Shown piece by piece: positions 9,817-21,782 of a stretch of 64,000 bases of DNA. The notes beneath the pieces are model-generated. The model worked only from the letters and a program-made list of their open reading frames with translations. It searched no databases and had not been told where the DNA came from. How positions within the stretch are numbered: the stretch's first letter is position 1; each line of letters begins with the position of its first letter. Position numbers and translations under genes: made by a program. The DNA is from a virus: the IMG/VR virus record IMGVR_UViG_3300040816_000831. The stretch is one strand, 5' to 3'.

Positions 9817-12800
9817 CTACGTTGCGCAAATTGCTCTAAAGTCTTTTACTTTAGGCGGAGTTGAAGATACAGTTGAACGTAATACTATTTTAAACTGTAT
9901 TGTACCAAAGCTCGCATTGCTTAATACTGTTTCATCAATATCATATCTTACTTCTGAATATGAATTTTCATTAACTGGTATTGATTCAGCTGGTGTTGCA
10001 GCAATAAAAGCAACATCACTAATATCTGCAGATGAACCACCTTCTAAGAATCTATAATAAAGGTCTACATTAGATGAACCTGGTCTATTTACATTCATAA
10101 ATACAGTTGCTGTATCGGCTTCTTCGTTTAATTCTACTTTCTTTGTAATATATCTAGTAAGTTCAGCACCACCAGACGTAACTGCTTCTGAACCACTATT
10201 TGAACTAACAATATTTTGTATTGTATGTACTGATGCTCTGTTCATATCTATTACTGGAGATAAAGCTTCATCAGTTGTACTTAATACACATCTAATTGAT
10301 AATGATTTATTACTACTCATATTTTGAGATTCTTGTATTGCTGAACCTACCATTTTTGGTGCAATAAATGTAAAGTTTTTATTTGGTAATATTTCAAATT
10401 CAGCTGAAGGTTGATGCGCTGCTTCTGAGCCATCAATACTTTGTGAGCTATATATAGTAGCAAAGAATCTTAAAGAGGTTCCAGGTACTTGTAAATTTTG
10501 TAATACCGGATGCATTACATCAATATGTCTGTTTTCTGATGCTGTAACTGATGAACCACCACCTGCTCCTGTTGCAGTTGCATTATTACTACCAGTTGCA
10601 GTAATTGTATAACTATCATGAGTAATATTACTTATTGTATATGTGCCATCAATATCACTTCCTGTAATACCATTTGTAGTAGCTGCTCCTGCAATTGTTA
10701 CTTGAGATGCTGAATCATGCATACCATGATTTTTATGTGTAACTGTAATAACTTTAGAACCACTTGTTGTCGCTAGTGGATTACCTACAAGTTTACGTAC
10801 AGGTAATACATCATTAACTAAAGTAATTTCTGCTGATGACCCAGTAAATGAAGCTCTATTTAGTTTAAATTTTAAATCTTTACTTTGTTCTGGTGTCCAT
10901 GTTGAAGCATTTTGTGAACTAAAGAATACACCATTATATGGTTGTTTTGTAATTCTTTCAGATGAATTTGTTAAATCAAATCCACCCATTTCAGCAACAT
11001 ATACTTCATAACCATCTGATTGTGATGTTATAACAATTGCATATTCAGTATCTTGTGAAAGATAAACTGGATAATCAAAAGCAAAGTTTGTAGCAACTGA
11101 TGCATTTGCATTTGCAAAATCAGCTATAGAAGTACCAGCTTGTGTAGCTATTTCACTTGGATATAAAATTTTATCTGCACCTGGTACTATTCTTTGTGTT
11201 GGTGTACCATTTTGAGTTGTTCTTATTGTAACTCTTACCGGTACTGCAGCATCTATTGTCTTAAAGAATAAGTCAACTGATTTTGCAAAGATTCCACCAG
11301 CTTTATCAATTAATATAGTTTCTGCTAATGGGTCTACCCATTCTGTTGTTTCATTTACTTGAGTATCGACAAGAGTTCTATCTTGATTTAATTCTGATTG
11401 TACTAATCTTGGAACTTTTGTAGATACAACTCTACTTTCCACTGATTCAATTAAACCTTGTGCATGATACTGAGCTTCGGCATAGGTGGTTTCGCTATCT
11501 TTATTGTTTGTAGAACTGTCTGTAAGTCTAAATTCTCTTACACCAGTTTGGAACTTAAGAGCGGCATTTCTTGGTATAATAAACGAACCTGTTACTATGC
11601 CTGAAGCATCTGTAATTAAATCTGAATTAGATGGATGCACAGTTACATTTTCATAACTACTTACTTGTGACCTATCAGAAAATTCAGCAAAGCTTTCTTC
11701 TGCACAATAATTTGTAACGTTAACACCATCAAAGAAAGCGTATACTTTTGTACTTGGTTTTAATAATTGCGCTTTAAAATATATTTTTCTAGAACGTATA
11801 AATGGTACAAAGTTAACTTCAACAACTCTTGTTCCATCTGTTCTTTGTACTGTATCAAAAGCCAAATCAGTTCTTAGACCAGCTCTTGATTGATTTTGTG
11901 TAGTTGTAGTAGCGGTAATTGTTGTTTGGCTATCGCCTAATCTACCTGTGCCTATTCCAAAGAATCCATCTTCAAAAGGTAAACCTCTAAAATTAACTCT
12001 ATTACCAGTTCTTTGTGTGTCTACATCAACTTCTATACCTGTCCAATTTGTTTCCCATTCGTTCCATACTGTTCCTAATATACCAGTTTCTTCTGCCATT
12101 TGAGCAAACTGGTCATAAGCTGATGAATCATCAATGATAACAGTTGGTCTTACATCTGTTTCTTTCCACTCATCACCTTCTGGTGAAAGCTCACATAAAC
12201 CTGCCCAACTAAATACGTTATATGGATTTACATTCGAAGCAAATGATGAATATGGTTGATTAATATAATTTGTTTCTGTATGAGGCATGGTTACGATTGA
12301 ACCATTTTTTACTGCTGTTCCACTATCAGAAGATAATCTTACTAAGTTTACATTTCTTTCATCAAATTTAGGTCTTAATATACCAGCATTTTTATCAATA
12401 GCTGCAGCATAATCTGGATTTGATGTATCAGCAACATTATGTCCTCTAAATCCATCTACAATAAATCCATTTTTTAATCTAGAATTATTACCATCAAAAA
12501 GTTCTACGTCAGCAGCACTTTGTTCTAATAAAGATAGTGATGTATAATATTCTAGGTTTTTAATTCTTTTGTCTAATGAACCAATATCTTTCATTGTATA
12601 TCTTCTGTTATCAATGATTTCTGGTTTTACATCACTTAGACTATATACATAAGGATTTAATTTTAAATTGTATATACCCATTGCATCTTCTGGAGTTTCT
12701 GGAGCCTTAGGTGTTAAACTTGGAACACCAACTTCTGTTTTAAATTCACCTTTACGTGTGATATAAATCTTATCGATTCTTGGCATATAGTGAGTGACTT

Positions 12801-15105
12801 CAGCAAGTGTAGCATGACCTGGTTTTGGTGGCTGCGGATTTGAACCACCTGTGTCTGTAAAGTTATTAGCACCATCAGCTTTTCTTGGTCTAAAGTCAAT
12901 ACAATCTCTTAATTGAACTAAACCTTGTTGGCTACTAAATGTTGGAATAGTATTATAATCTGCAGTTGGATATGAATCAACTGTGAAATAGTCTCCTGAA
13001 CCATGCGAATAATAATCAAAAGTAACTGTAATATTACCTGATGGTGTTGGAAATCCTGGTTTAAGATTTACTTTACCAATGTCGTAATAATTATCTCTTT
13101 GACCATTATCTAATGTAAATCTTTCAGTAATATCTGTTGATTGTGCATCTGTGACTGACACAATTCTTATAATATCTGCTTTACCTAAACTTAAAGAACC
13201 ACTTGATAAAGCTCCTGTTACAGTTACATTATCATGTGGTTGTTTTGTTTTATGTAAAAGGTTTTTCTGGACGTCTGCCATAACCTTTAAAGTTGTTGAG
13301 CCTGGTGTAACTCCACCTACATCACTAAATGTTAATGTAGTAGAACCATCGCCACCAGCTGATATTGTTGGTGAAACATCAACTAATCCTGTTCCTAATG
13401 AAGCAGTAATTGATGATGTATTAGTAAATGTTCCTTGCCCAATTGCAATACTAATTGAATTCCCTGATGTTTCAAATAGTTGTTTTACTACATAAATTGT
13501 ATCGACATCTGAAGGAGTTGCTGCAGTATATAAAGTTTTGACTGCGTTATATGGAAGTTTAAATACTAATCCATTATTACCAACATCAAATAAATTACCT
13601 ACTGAAGCTAAATCTCCAACAAAGTTTTGAGTTGTTCCTGTTTGGTTTACACTTTGTACTGAACTAAATGAATTAGAACCAGTCATTGATATATCAAATA
13701 AGTAAAGTCTTAACTCAGTTCCTATATATTCTAAAGACCGAGCTCTAGCTGTACCAATAACACTTCCACCTTGTGCAGTTGCATTATGTAAATTTAATGT
13801 TGCAAATTCATTTACATCTGGCATACCCTTTACTGTTGAAGCTGTTAACTTAACATAGTTTCCTACTGGTATACTTGTTGTTGCAACATTGACATTATTT
13901 GTAGCGTTAGCTCCTCTTGGTTTTTCTATAATTAGATTTTTTGTTGTATTATTTTGAACTCTAAATCCTTTAACGTAAGCAACTGATGGGTCTATACCAA
14001 TTGATAATCGATTATCACCGTATGTTGTGGCTGCACTTGTGTTACCAGCATCTCCATCAGCAATAATTTCTGCAGTTGTTTTAAAACCAAAATTACTACC
14101 AGTGTTTAAATATTCTCTAGGATTAATTTGAAATGGTTCAACGACGTAATCGCCAGATTCTTCAAATGTTCTTCTTGCTAATCTTTCTGTTAATTCTGTA
14201 CCACCAGTTTTATCTGTTTTATCTACTGCAGCTTTACCATCTTCTATTACAACTAATGTAATGTAATCATTTTCTGTTCTTGATGCTAATGCTAATGGTT
14301 CTTTTATAAGTTGTGTAGATATTTTATATCTATTTGCACCTGGTGCCGCTGTGTTTGGAACACCTTGTGCATTATCTAATAATGTAGTATCTGTTCCTGA
14401 ATCGACTATAGATTCTGTGACTTTTAAACCTATAATATAATTTGGTGTATTTGTATATTTGTCTAATATTAAAGAACCGGCTGGAACATAAGCAAAAGTT
14501 CCTGATATAAAGTAAACACCTTCTTCAATATTAATAGCTGAACCATATCCTGTTGGAGTTGAAATAGATGAAGCTGTATTAGAACCATCTATATTATTTC
14601 CTCCACCAACCATTCCATATCTTACAGGACTTCCATTTGAAGTTAATTCTTCTCCCGCAGCAAATGTTGATGTAGTATTATTTGAACCTGAATTAGTATA
14701 TGTAACATATAAAGTTGCAGCATCTCCACCAGAAACAGCAGCAACTTGTAATACTTTTGCAGTTACACCAGTTGTTGCACCAGTAATTGTTGTACCTACA
14801 AATTCAGATAAATAGTTATCTGCATTTAATGCACCAGCTGTTGAATGAGTAAATGATGATTCTATTTTTACAAAATCATATTCTACATTTAATGTGACTT
14901 TACCATTTACAACTCTTGAACCATCTTTAAAGGCGTATTGACCATAACGGTCTATTTGAGCTTGTAACGCTGTTTGTAATTGTGTAAGCTCTCTTGCTTG
15001 AACTGCATATCCTGGTCTAAATAAGACTCTATGATAATTTTTTGTTTCATCAAAATCATCGTAATATGGTGATGCGGTATATTTTTTTACTACTGTTGTT
15101 GCCAT
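9817..15105 (-). CDS. Large baseplate/virion protein (VrlC/DUF4815-like)
   Basis: 1762 aa; SPYYDDFDE.KNYHRVLFRPGYAVQARELTQLQ, LARRTFEESGDY, RIKNLEYYTSLSLLE, KDFRAIC end. Confidence 0.88.
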   Translation of the reverse strand: MATTVVKKYTASPYYDDFDETKNYHRVLFRPGYAVQARELTQLQTALQAQIDRYGQYAFKDGSRVVNGKVTLNVEYDFVKIESSFTHSTAGALNADNYLSEFVGTTITGATTGVTAKVLQVAAVSGGDAATLYVTYTNSGSNNTTSTFAAGEELTSNGSPVRYGMVGGGNNIDGSNTASSISTPTGYGSAINIEEGVYFISGTFAYVPAGSLILDKYTNTPNYIIGLKVTESIVDSGTDTTLLDNAQGVPNTAAPGANRYKISTQLIKEPLALASRTENDYITLVVIEDGKAAVDKTDKTGGTELTERLARRTFEESGDYVVEPFQINPREYLNTGSNFGFKTTAEIIADGDAGNTSAATTYGDNRLSIGIDPSVAYVKGFRVQNNTTKNLIIEKPRGANATNNVNVATTSIPVGNYVKLTASTVKGMPDVNEFATLNLHNATAQGGSVIGTARARSLEYIGTELRLYLFDISMTGSNSFSSVQSVNQTGTTQNFVGDLASVGNLFDVGNNGLVFKLPYNAVKTLYTAATPSDVDTIYVVKQLFETSGNSISIAIGQGTFTNTSSITASLGTGLVDVSPTISAGGDGSTTLTFSDVGGVTPGSTTLKVMADVQKNLLHKTKQPHDNVTVTGALSSGSLSLGKADIIRIVSVTDAQSTDITERFTLDNGQRDNYYDIGKVNLKPGFPTPSGNITVTFDYYSHGSGDYFTVDSYPTADYNTIPTFSSQQGLVQLRDCIDFRPRKADGANNFTDTGGSNPQPPKPGHATLAEVTHYMPRIDKIYITRKGEFKTEVGVPSLTPKAPETPEDAMGIYNLKLNPYVYSLSDVKPEIIDNRRYTMKDIGSLDKRIKNLEYYTSLSLLEQSAADVELFDGNNSRLKNGFIVDGFRGHNVADTSNPDYAAAIDKNAGILRPKFDERNVNLVRLSSDSGTAVKNGSIVTMPHTETNYINQPYSSFASNVNPYNVFSWAGLCELSPEGDEWKETDVRPTVIIDDSSAYDQFAQMAEETGILGTVWNEWETNWTGIEVDVDTQRTGNRVNFRGLPFEDGFFGIGTGRLGDSQTTITATTTTQNQSRAGLRTDLAFDTVQRTDGTRVVEVNFVPFIRSRKIYFKAQLLKPSTKVYAFFDGVNVTNYCAEESFAEFSDRSQVSSYENVTVHPSNSDLITDASGIVTGSFIIPRNAALKFQTGVREFRLTDSSTNNKDSETTYAEAQYHAQGLIESVESRVVSTKVPRLVQSELNQDRTLVDTQVNETTEWVDPLAETILIDKAGGIFAKSVDLFFKTIDAAVPVRVTIRTTQNGTPTQRIVPGADKILYPSEIATQAGTSIADFANANASVATNFAFDYPVYLSQDTEYAIVITSQSDGYEVYVAEMGGFDLTNSSERITKQPYNGVFFSSQNASTWTPEQSKDLKFKLNRASFTGSSAEITLVNDVLPVRKLVGNPLATTSGSKVITVTHKNHGMHDSASQVTIAGAATTNGITGSDIDGTYTISNITHDSYTITATGSNNATATGAGGGSSVTASENRHIDVMHPVLQNLQVPGTSLRFFATIYSSQSIDGSEAAHQPSAEFEILPNKNFTFIAPKMVGSAIQESQNMSSNKSLSIRCVLSTTDEALSPVIDMNRASVHTIQNIVSSNSGSEAVTSGGAELTRYITKKVELNEEADTATVFMNVNRPGSSNVDLYYRFLEGGSSADISDVAFIAATPAESIPVNENSYSEVRYDIDETVLSNASFGTIQFKIVLRSTVSSTPPKVKDFRAICAT

Positions 15106-15129
15106 AAATTTCTTCTCTTTCTAATTATA

Positions 15130-16737
15130 TTAGAATTCAATTATTACTTTAATATCTTCAATCTGTGTTGTGGTTCTACTAATTGGATTTCTATTTTCTA
15201 AAAATAATATTTCTCCACTTGCTCTATCAACTTCAGGGTTACCAACTGCATTGGATGATTCTAATGTATCTGCCTGGTTTGATGATTGACCAGTAACTAC
15301 TTCGCCATTTACAAAAGCCTTATATCCTGTTTTTGAATTTTGATGGTATCTTAAATAACCATTTGATGTATCTTTTTCTACTACGTAAGCTTGAGCTCCA
15401 CCTGCTCCTACAATTAACTCATCAACTGTATAATTAGCTACTGTTGCAGATGAATTAAAATCTAAATAACTTGTAGCTTTTAAAGTATCTGCTGTTGCAA
15501 TATTACCAGCTAATGGACCATTCGAGCTATAATCTCTTGGTTCATTAATTAATGTAATTTGTCTGAAATCGTTACCTACTGTTAAATCACCACCGTCGTT
15601 TCCGTCTAATTTTGTGTTAAGAGCTATAAAGAATCCACCAAGTTCTGATACTGGGTCAACTCCATGTCCTGCTTTAGGAGCAATTACTGCTCTTGCTGTT
15701 GCATCTGAACCAGCTCCACCTGAAATTACGATATCTGCTACTCTGTAATTAGTACCTTTGTTTGCAATTGTGACACCGGTCACTGCACCATTTGATACTG
15801 TAATACCACTTGTTGTTGTGACTGTTGCTCCAGTTCCGTCTCCAGTTATAGTTGCAGCTACGTTACTATTACTTGTATAACCTGTTCCACCAGCCGTGAC
15901 TTCAATTCTTTCAATACCTGCAGCTGTTGAAGACAACTCAGAAGCTTTTTGGTTTAAGTATTGAGCGTAATCTGCTTCTGATAAAACAGCTTCTGCGTCG
16001 GCATCTGCTGCAAAGGCAAAAGTTAATATAGTAGATGCAGCCACACTTCCTGATGGAGCTCCACTTAATGTTAATACTGAACCGTTAATAGCTGAAACAG
16101 TTTTAGATGAACCAATATTAGTTCCAGTCACTGTCATTCCTACAGTAATACCAGGAACAGTTTCTGTTAAGGTTATACTTGCTGTTGCTGAAGTTGCAGC
16201 TACTGTTGCACTTGCACTAAGTGGAACGGTTTTAACTGGCATATAACTATTTGTTAAGAATTTTTCAGCATCAGCAACAGATATTGTATACATATATTTC
16301 CATGTATATCCATCTGATTCAGCTGTTGGGGCTGTTAATGTTTGAGTTGGTTGAATGCTTGAAGCACCTCCACCAGCTTTTATACATTTATAAACTTTAA
16401 ATTCTGACGTAACAATATAAAATGCTTTATCGAATATACTTGCATCGTCTGAATCCCATGCATAGTATGAATTTCCTGAAGTCCAAGTATGTCTTGGTAC
16501 AACATGAGCAATATCAGCAGGTACAATTTTCTTTAAGCCTATAAGGTTTGCTCTTGCTTCTCCTATTTGGTCTAAGTTATCTGCTGGAGTAAAAGGTGTT
16601 GTATCTGTAGTATCTGATGTAGTTAAAGACCAGACATCTGATTTGCCTATTCCTACATAAACACTTGAGCCTTCTATTTGCTCTTTAAAATGTCTACCAT
16701 TTAAAGTTCTAAAATTTGATGTGATGATTGCTGCCAT
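15130..16737 (-). CDS. gp8: Baseplate wedge subunit gp8
   Basis: VYKC..DGYTWKYMYTI, GHG.DPV.ELGG, ENR.PI.R...Q.EDIK.IIEF; late promoter at 16787-16794. Confidence 0.88.
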   Translation of the reverse strand: MAAIITSNFRTLNGRHFKEQIEGSSVYVGIGKSDVWSLTTSDTTDTTPFTPADNLDQIGEARANLIGLKKIVPADIAHVVPRHTWTSGNSYYAWDSDDASIFDKAFYIVTSEFKVYKCIKAGGGASSIQPTQTLTAPTAESDGYTWKYMYTISVADAEKFLTNSYMPVKTVPLSASATVAATSATASITLTETVPGITVGMTVTGTNIGSSKTVSAINGSVLTLSGAPSGSVAASTILTFAFAADADAEAVLSEADYAQYLNQKASELSSTAAGIERIEVTAGGTGYTSNSNVAATITGDGTGATVTTTSGITVSNGAVTGVTIANKGTNYRVADIVISGGAGSDATARAVIAPKAGHGVDPVSELGGFFIALNTKLDGNDGGDLTVGNDFRQITLINEPRDYSSNGPLAGNIATADTLKATSYLDFNSSATVANYTVDELIVGAGGAQAYVVEKDTSNGYLRYHQNSKTGYKAFVNGEVVTGQSSNQADTLESSNAVGNPEVDRASGEILFLENRNPISRTTTQIEDIKVIIEF

Positions 16738-16751
16738 TCTTCTGTCCTGAT

Positions 16752-19490
16752 TTATTCAATATGTACAAATGTACTTGTGTTATTATTATTTATATCACTT
16801 GAGTTGATAGTTTGTAACGTTTTACTACCTAAAAACTCAATTGTTTGGTTAGTATTATAAAGCCTAGCTGTATTATAAAAATTATCTGTGCCTTTTCTTT
16901 GTTTGTAATTATTATTTATAATGGTTCTAAAATTTGTATTTACTACTTTAACTTTAGACTCTGGTAAAAATTTAACTGCAGTTCCTGTTGAAGTCATTAT
17001 AGAACCAGTTGCTTGTACTGGATTTGTTTTAACTTCAGTTATTAATGTATCTACATGATTATGATTACAATTAACTTCTATTATTTCTTGTTGGTCCGCT
17101 ACTCTTACTTCGTTATTTGCCTGACTTCCAATTTTAAGAACAGGGTCGTTTATATATCCACTTCCTGCATTTGTTATTGTTGCACCAGTTATCTCTCCTT
17201 TAAATATTTTAACAGCTCCTGCTATTATAGGAACTCTTAATCCTTCTGGAACTGGAGGTATACCAGTATTTGGGTCAGCTTGATATGCTGCATCTCCAAG
17301 TCTTTCTAAATCTTCTTCTGCTTGTGTCCATAATACATCATCTGAGGCAATTGTAAAATTAGCTGTTGCTGTAACGTTTGAAGATAAGAAAGCTCCTGTC
17401 GCATCTTTTGATTGAGGTATAGGGAATGTTATTGTAGGAGCAACTAAAAAGTTTTTATCTGCCAATCCTACAACATCAATTGATGCTATACTCGTTGCAT
17501 TTGGATTTGCAGGAACTGTTCCTACTAAATTTTGCCAATTTCTGCCTTCTGAATTTATAGTAATATCATCTTTATCTAATCTTCCTAATGAGTCTAAACC
17601 TACCGTCACAGACGGGTTCACACCAGTAAGTCCTGGGAGGGATATACCATTAAAAGTGATTGACAGTGACGAACCAGTATAACCAAATCCTGGCTCTCCT
17701 ATTGTAAGTGCTTCCAAAGCTCCGTCTAAAGTTGTGGCTGTTGCTGTTGCTGTTGCACCAGTTAAAGTATGCGATGTTCCGGAACCTACGCCTGATATAT
17801 TAAGTTCTGCTCCACCTGCAGTTGCTGATAAAGAAATAGCATTACCTGTTATTGTTTTAACAAAATAAGTTGTACCAGAAACTAATCCACCTATTGCAGT
17901 TCCTCCACCACTATTATATGTAATACTATCATTGGCTACCCATGAATTCTTTTGAGATGCTGTTAATGTTATATTATTATTTGAAACACTTACGATTGAA
18001 CTACTCGAACCATCAAATGTTTGAGCTGTTGGAGCAGCAATTGATAAACTTGGAGTGTTATAATCTTTACCGCCATTACCTATTGTAATTGAAGATACTG
18101 AGCCATTTGTAAGAACAGCTGTTAATGCTGCTGTTGTAAACCCTGATGGAGTTCCAGTATCTGTAGATGTTATAACAGGAACTGCAGTATAACCACTTCC
18201 TCCGGAGGTTATTGTTGTTCCATTTATTATACCACTTTTTAAATCAACTGAAACAGTACCTGATTTATGAATCTTTGCTGTGATATTAGGTAAGAAAGTT
18301 GAAACAAACATTTCAACAAGTATTGGAACATCTTCTGGTCCAATAATACCTGGTTGTCTTTCTGGTATTGCTGATAAAACTTTTCTTATTGCTAATCCTA
18401 AATCATCTGTTCTTTTTCTACCAGAAGGTTCTCCGTTTGGAGCTAGGTCTACGAAACCATTAGCATTAAAAATATCTTCTCCTAATACAGCTTTTGTTAA
18501 TTGTAAGAATACTAATATCTCAGCAAAGTAAACAAATCCGGCTGGGTGAACTAATCTATTATATGATAGGTCCCAATCAGATAAATTTTTACCAGTCTTA
18601 ATTAAATAAGAAAACTTTTGATATTTTTTACTATCTTGTACTACAATACTATCAGATAAAAATCCTTTATTATCTAAATATTGTCCACCCTTTGGAAGAG
18701 ATGCATTAACATCCCAATTACCGCTTGAAGGTATTAATACTTTATCATAAGGAAACTCTACTTCAGCAATATCATTAAATAATATTTTAAAAAATATCTC
18801 AATAGAATCTGATGAACCTCTTAATCTATAAAAGTCTATAATTTGTTTATAAAGAGTTCTTTTATCTACCGTAACTCCTCTTGGAATTGTAGCAGCAATT
18901 TCTTTTTGCATTAATTCTAAATAGCCTTCACTATTAGTATCAATATCCATTGCCTGTTCAATTGTATTCATTACATATGATGGACCTGGACCTACCCAAT
19001 TCTTTTGTATTGTTGTTAATTTAGCTGAAGAGTTATTATGAGCTGATAAACCGTTAACAGTAAACGTTTTACCTATTTCAGAGGTTGAATTGACGAGTGT
19101 GCCTGGCAGTTCATTACCATTTGTTATTGCTACATTGACATCAGTTAAAGTTATATTAGTTGTTGTACCATCAGGCGCCGTTACAACAAGAGATGAGCCT
19201 GCACCGGTTTCATCTGTAAAAAACTTATTATTTTCGTTATTAGGGTCAGGTATTCTAAATTGTGCTTGGCCATTTAATACGACATCTGTAAAAACATTAT
19301 TTTCTTGATAAATAAATTCATCCATATTCATGAATGTATAATAAGCTTTTAAAAATTTATCTAACTTATCTTTATTTTCTAATATTTCAGAAGGTATTAT
19401 TTGGTCTAGACGAATATCTTCTTTTGTTTGATTCAGCGTTCCTTGTTCGAGTTCAATCGCTCCAGGAGTTAATGTCTTTTTAAATGCCAT
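16752..19490 (-). CDS. gp7: Baseplate wedge subunit gp7-like
   Basis: FY..RGS..SI..FFKILF, QDS.KYQ.FSY.IK, LVHPAG; lies between gp6 and gp8. Confidence 0.75.
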   Translation of the reverse strand: MAFKKTLTPGAIELEQGTLNQTKEDIRLDQIIPSEILENKDKLDKFLKAYYTFMNMDEFIYQENNVFTDVVLNGQAQFRIPDPNNENNKFFTDETGAGSSLVVTAPDGTTTNITLTDVNVAITNGNELPGTLVNSTSEIGKTFTVNGLSAHNNSSAKLTTIQKNWVGPGPSYVMNTIEQAMDIDTNSEGYLELMQKEIAATIPRGVTVDKRTLYKQIIDFYRLRGSSDSIEIFFKILFNDIAEVEFPYDKVLIPSSGNWDVNASLPKGGQYLDNKGFLSDSIVVQDSKKYQKFSYLIKTGKNLSDWDLSYNRLVHPAGFVYFAEILVFLQLTKAVLGEDIFNANGFVDLAPNGEPSGRKRTDDLGLAIRKVLSAIPERQPGIIGPEDVPILVEMFVSTFLPNITAKIHKSGTVSVDLKSGIINGTTITSGGSGYTAVPVITSTDTGTPSGFTTAALTAVLTNGSVSSITIGNGGKDYNTPSLSIAAPTAQTFDGSSSSIVSVSNNNITLTASQKNSWVANDSITYNSGGGTAIGGLVSGTTYFVKTITGNAISLSATAGGAELNISGVGSGTSHTLTGATATATATTLDGALEALTIGEPGFGYTGSSLSITFNGISLPGLTGVNPSVTVGLDSLGRLDKDDITINSEGRNWQNLVGTVPANPNATSIASIDVVGLADKNFLVAPTITFPIPQSKDATGAFLSSNVTATANFTIASDDVLWTQAEEDLERLGDAAYQADPNTGIPPVPEGLRVPIIAGAVKIFKGEITGATITNAGSGYINDPVLKIGSQANNEVRVADQQEIIEVNCNHNHVDTLITEVKTNPVQATGSIMTSTGTAVKFLPESKVKVVNTNFRTIINNNYKQRKGTDNFYNTARLYNTNQTIEFLGSKTLQTINSSDINNNNTSTFVHIE

Positions 19491-21331
19491 TATTTAAATC
19501 TTGATGTTGTTGTATAATCAATAGAACCAGCTGAACCTGCAGTTGCAATTGTATCTATTTCAGGAGTAATTACTACAAAATTATTATCTATAGATATTAA
19601 TTGGTCTCTTTTTGGCGCTAGGTCTAATGAATTAGGAAGTACTGTAATTTTAATTTGAGCTGTTGTATCTGGTCTAAATTTATTTAAAATAATTGTTCCT
19701 TTATCTACATCTATTTCACCAGCATCTGCAATTACTGTTGTATTAACTTGATTAACTACTTTATAAACAATTACATTTCTTTTTGTAGAATCAGCAATTG
19801 GTTCATCACCAAAGAAATGGTCAACATTATTTATTTTAAATGCTGAAGAAGATATTAAAAATGCTGTTGAATTACCTGACTGATAGAAAGGAGATGAAAA
19901 ACTTAAACTAAAGTTATTATCTGCATTATTTAAAGGTGTAATATATTGAAACATCCTTGGTCTTACAGTAGTGTTTAATATTGATGGGTCAGAATTATCT
20001 ATATTTCTTGTTAATTGCGAGTGTCTAAATACACCATCAAATTTATTTAAATTATTAAAGTTATAATCTGTGATTGTATCTCTTACAACTGATTGTAATT
20101 CTACAGAACTTCTATCTGTTAAATTAGGATTATATTTAAATGAAACATCTAATTCTAAATAAGTAAAATTAGGGTCAACAATTTGTGGTGTAATTGATAC
20201 AACGTTTTTACCTTTTAATATTGCACCTGTAATATTTGTTTTTTCAGCTGTTGTAAGTGTATTTGCTAATAAAGGTTTAATACAAACATATACTCTTCCA
20301 TAATCAGGTGGGTCATTATCTTCACCACCCCATGTTGAGATAGAATCTATATTACTAAATTCCTTTTTAATAATAGATGCATAGTCATCGGCTGTCACAG
20401 CTCTGTTTTGTGATATAAAAGTAAGTGGAGCATTAAATCTTATTGACTCCATTGATTCTTCATCGGCTCCACCGGCAGCTGCAGTATCTAATGTCACTGC
20501 AATACTATCGTATCCACCAATTTCATCTACCATAGTAAACGAATTTGCACCATTACTTTCTTTACCTTTTGTAATTACATAATCGATTGTAACGATATTA
20601 TTATTAGTAGGTTTAAATCCAGTTACGCCATCTCCAAAATATACTTCATAATAACCACTTGGATTTTCTTGTAAATAATAAACTTTTGATGTAGAATCTA
20701 TACCTTTTAATGATTCAAATTTAGTATATACATCAAATGCTGTTGATTCTTCGTTCGCCTGTACACGTACGCGTAACGTACTGGTATCTGCGTCATAGTC
20801 TGAGAGTTGAAATTTCTGATTCTCTATATCATTATCAACTCTATATTTTAATTCTCTTGTTGTTCCTTCAACAATTATAACATCATTAAATGTCCAAGTT
20901 GAACCACTTAATGTAGCTTGTTGATTTTCTAATACAACATACTGAAACTCTTCACCACTTACAACAGTATTTAATTTAGTTCCTTTTGTAAGTTCTAATA
21001 TCGTTGGTATAACTCCACTATTTGGTTTAGTAACAACAATATCTACTTTAGCTCTTGGTGATAAAACAGACCTAGGTGTATATCCTAATAACTTAGCTCT
21101 TGTTACGACATTACCTCTTATTTGAGCTGAATCTAAAAAAGATTCATTTAATGAATAATGAGCGTTTAAAGCATTGTAATGAGTATTATAAGCTAATACA
21201 TCTAATAAAACATTAAGACCTGAACCATCAAAGTCATAATCATTAAATTCTGTTTGTTGTTTTAAAAAGTTTTTGAGATTATTTTTTATATCTGCAAAAT
21301 CTAGTTCCGTTACGTTTAAATTTGTTGCCAT
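19490..21331 (-). CDS. gp6: Baseplate wedge subunit gp6
   Basis: LDF..IK.NLK.FL..Q.EF.DYDF.GSGL..LLD.LAYNTHY, QNRAVT..DY, WGGEDN.PP.YG.V. Confidence 0.95.
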   Translation of the reverse strand: MATNLNVTELDFADIKNNLKNFLKQQTEFNDYDFDGSGLNVLLDVLAYNTHYNALNAHYSLNESFLDSAQIRGNVVTRAKLLGYTPRSVLSPRAKVDIVVTKPNSGVIPTILELTKGTKLNTVVSGEEFQYVVLENQQATLSGSTWTFNDVIIVEGTTRELKYRVDNDIENQKFQLSDYDADTSTLRVRVQANEESTAFDVYTKFESLKGIDSTSKVYYLQENPSGYYEVYFGDGVTGFKPTNNNIVTIDYVITKGKESNGANSFTMVDEIGGYDSIAVTLDTAAAGGADEESMESIRFNAPLTFISQNRAVTADDYASIIKKEFSNIDSISTWGGEDNDPPDYGRVYVCIKPLLANTLTTAEKTNITGAILKGKNVVSITPQIVDPNFTYLELDVSFKYNPNLTDRSSVELQSVVRDTITDYNFNNLNKFDGVFRHSQLTRNIDNSDPSILNTTVRPRMFQYITPLNNADNNFSLSFSSPFYQSGNSTAFLISSSAFKINNVDHFFGDEPIADSTKRNVIVYKVVNQVNTTVIADAGEIDVDKGTIILNKFRPDTTAQIKITVLPNSLDLAPKRDQLISIDNNFVVITPEIDTIATAGSAGSIDYTTTSRFK

Positions 21332-21332
21332 T

Positions 21333-21782
21333 TTATCTTAACCTTCTAAGTGGTATTTCAACGACTTGTTCTACGTTGATTCCTTTTATATTAAAAAAAA
21401 CTTCTATAAGATATTCATTCCTAGGTACGTTATCAGTTATATCAATGCTTGTTACTGATACTCTTGGTTCATACTTTTGTATAACATCTCTTATATTATT
21501 TCTTAATTCTATATTTGTTATTAACCCTGCAGGCTCAAAAAGTAATCCTCTTAAATTAGCTCCTAAATCATCTGCAAATGGTCTTTCATAAAAATTAGTT
21601 ATAAGTAAATTTTTTATTGCATTTTTAATAGCAGCATCGTCTTTTAAAGGTATAATATCCTTTCTTATAGGATGTATCTTTAAAGATAAATCTAAGTCAC
21701 GATGAGGTTTCTTTTTAGATACAACTCGTGCTTGCTCTAAATCCCCTGATATTTGCTTGTCGCCTGTATATAATCCTGCCAT
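21333..21782 (-). CDS. gp25: Baseplate wedge subunit gp25
   Basis: AIKNAIKNLL.T..YERPF...G..L..LLFE, YEPRV. Confidence 0.93.
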   Translation of the reverse strand: MAGLYTGDKQISGDLEQARVVSKKKPHRDLDLSLKIHPIRKDIIPLKDDAAIKNAIKNLLITNFYERPFADDLGANLRGLLFEPAGLITNIELRNNIRDVIQKYEPRVSVTSIDITDNVPRNEYLIEVFFNIKGINVEQVVEIPLRRLR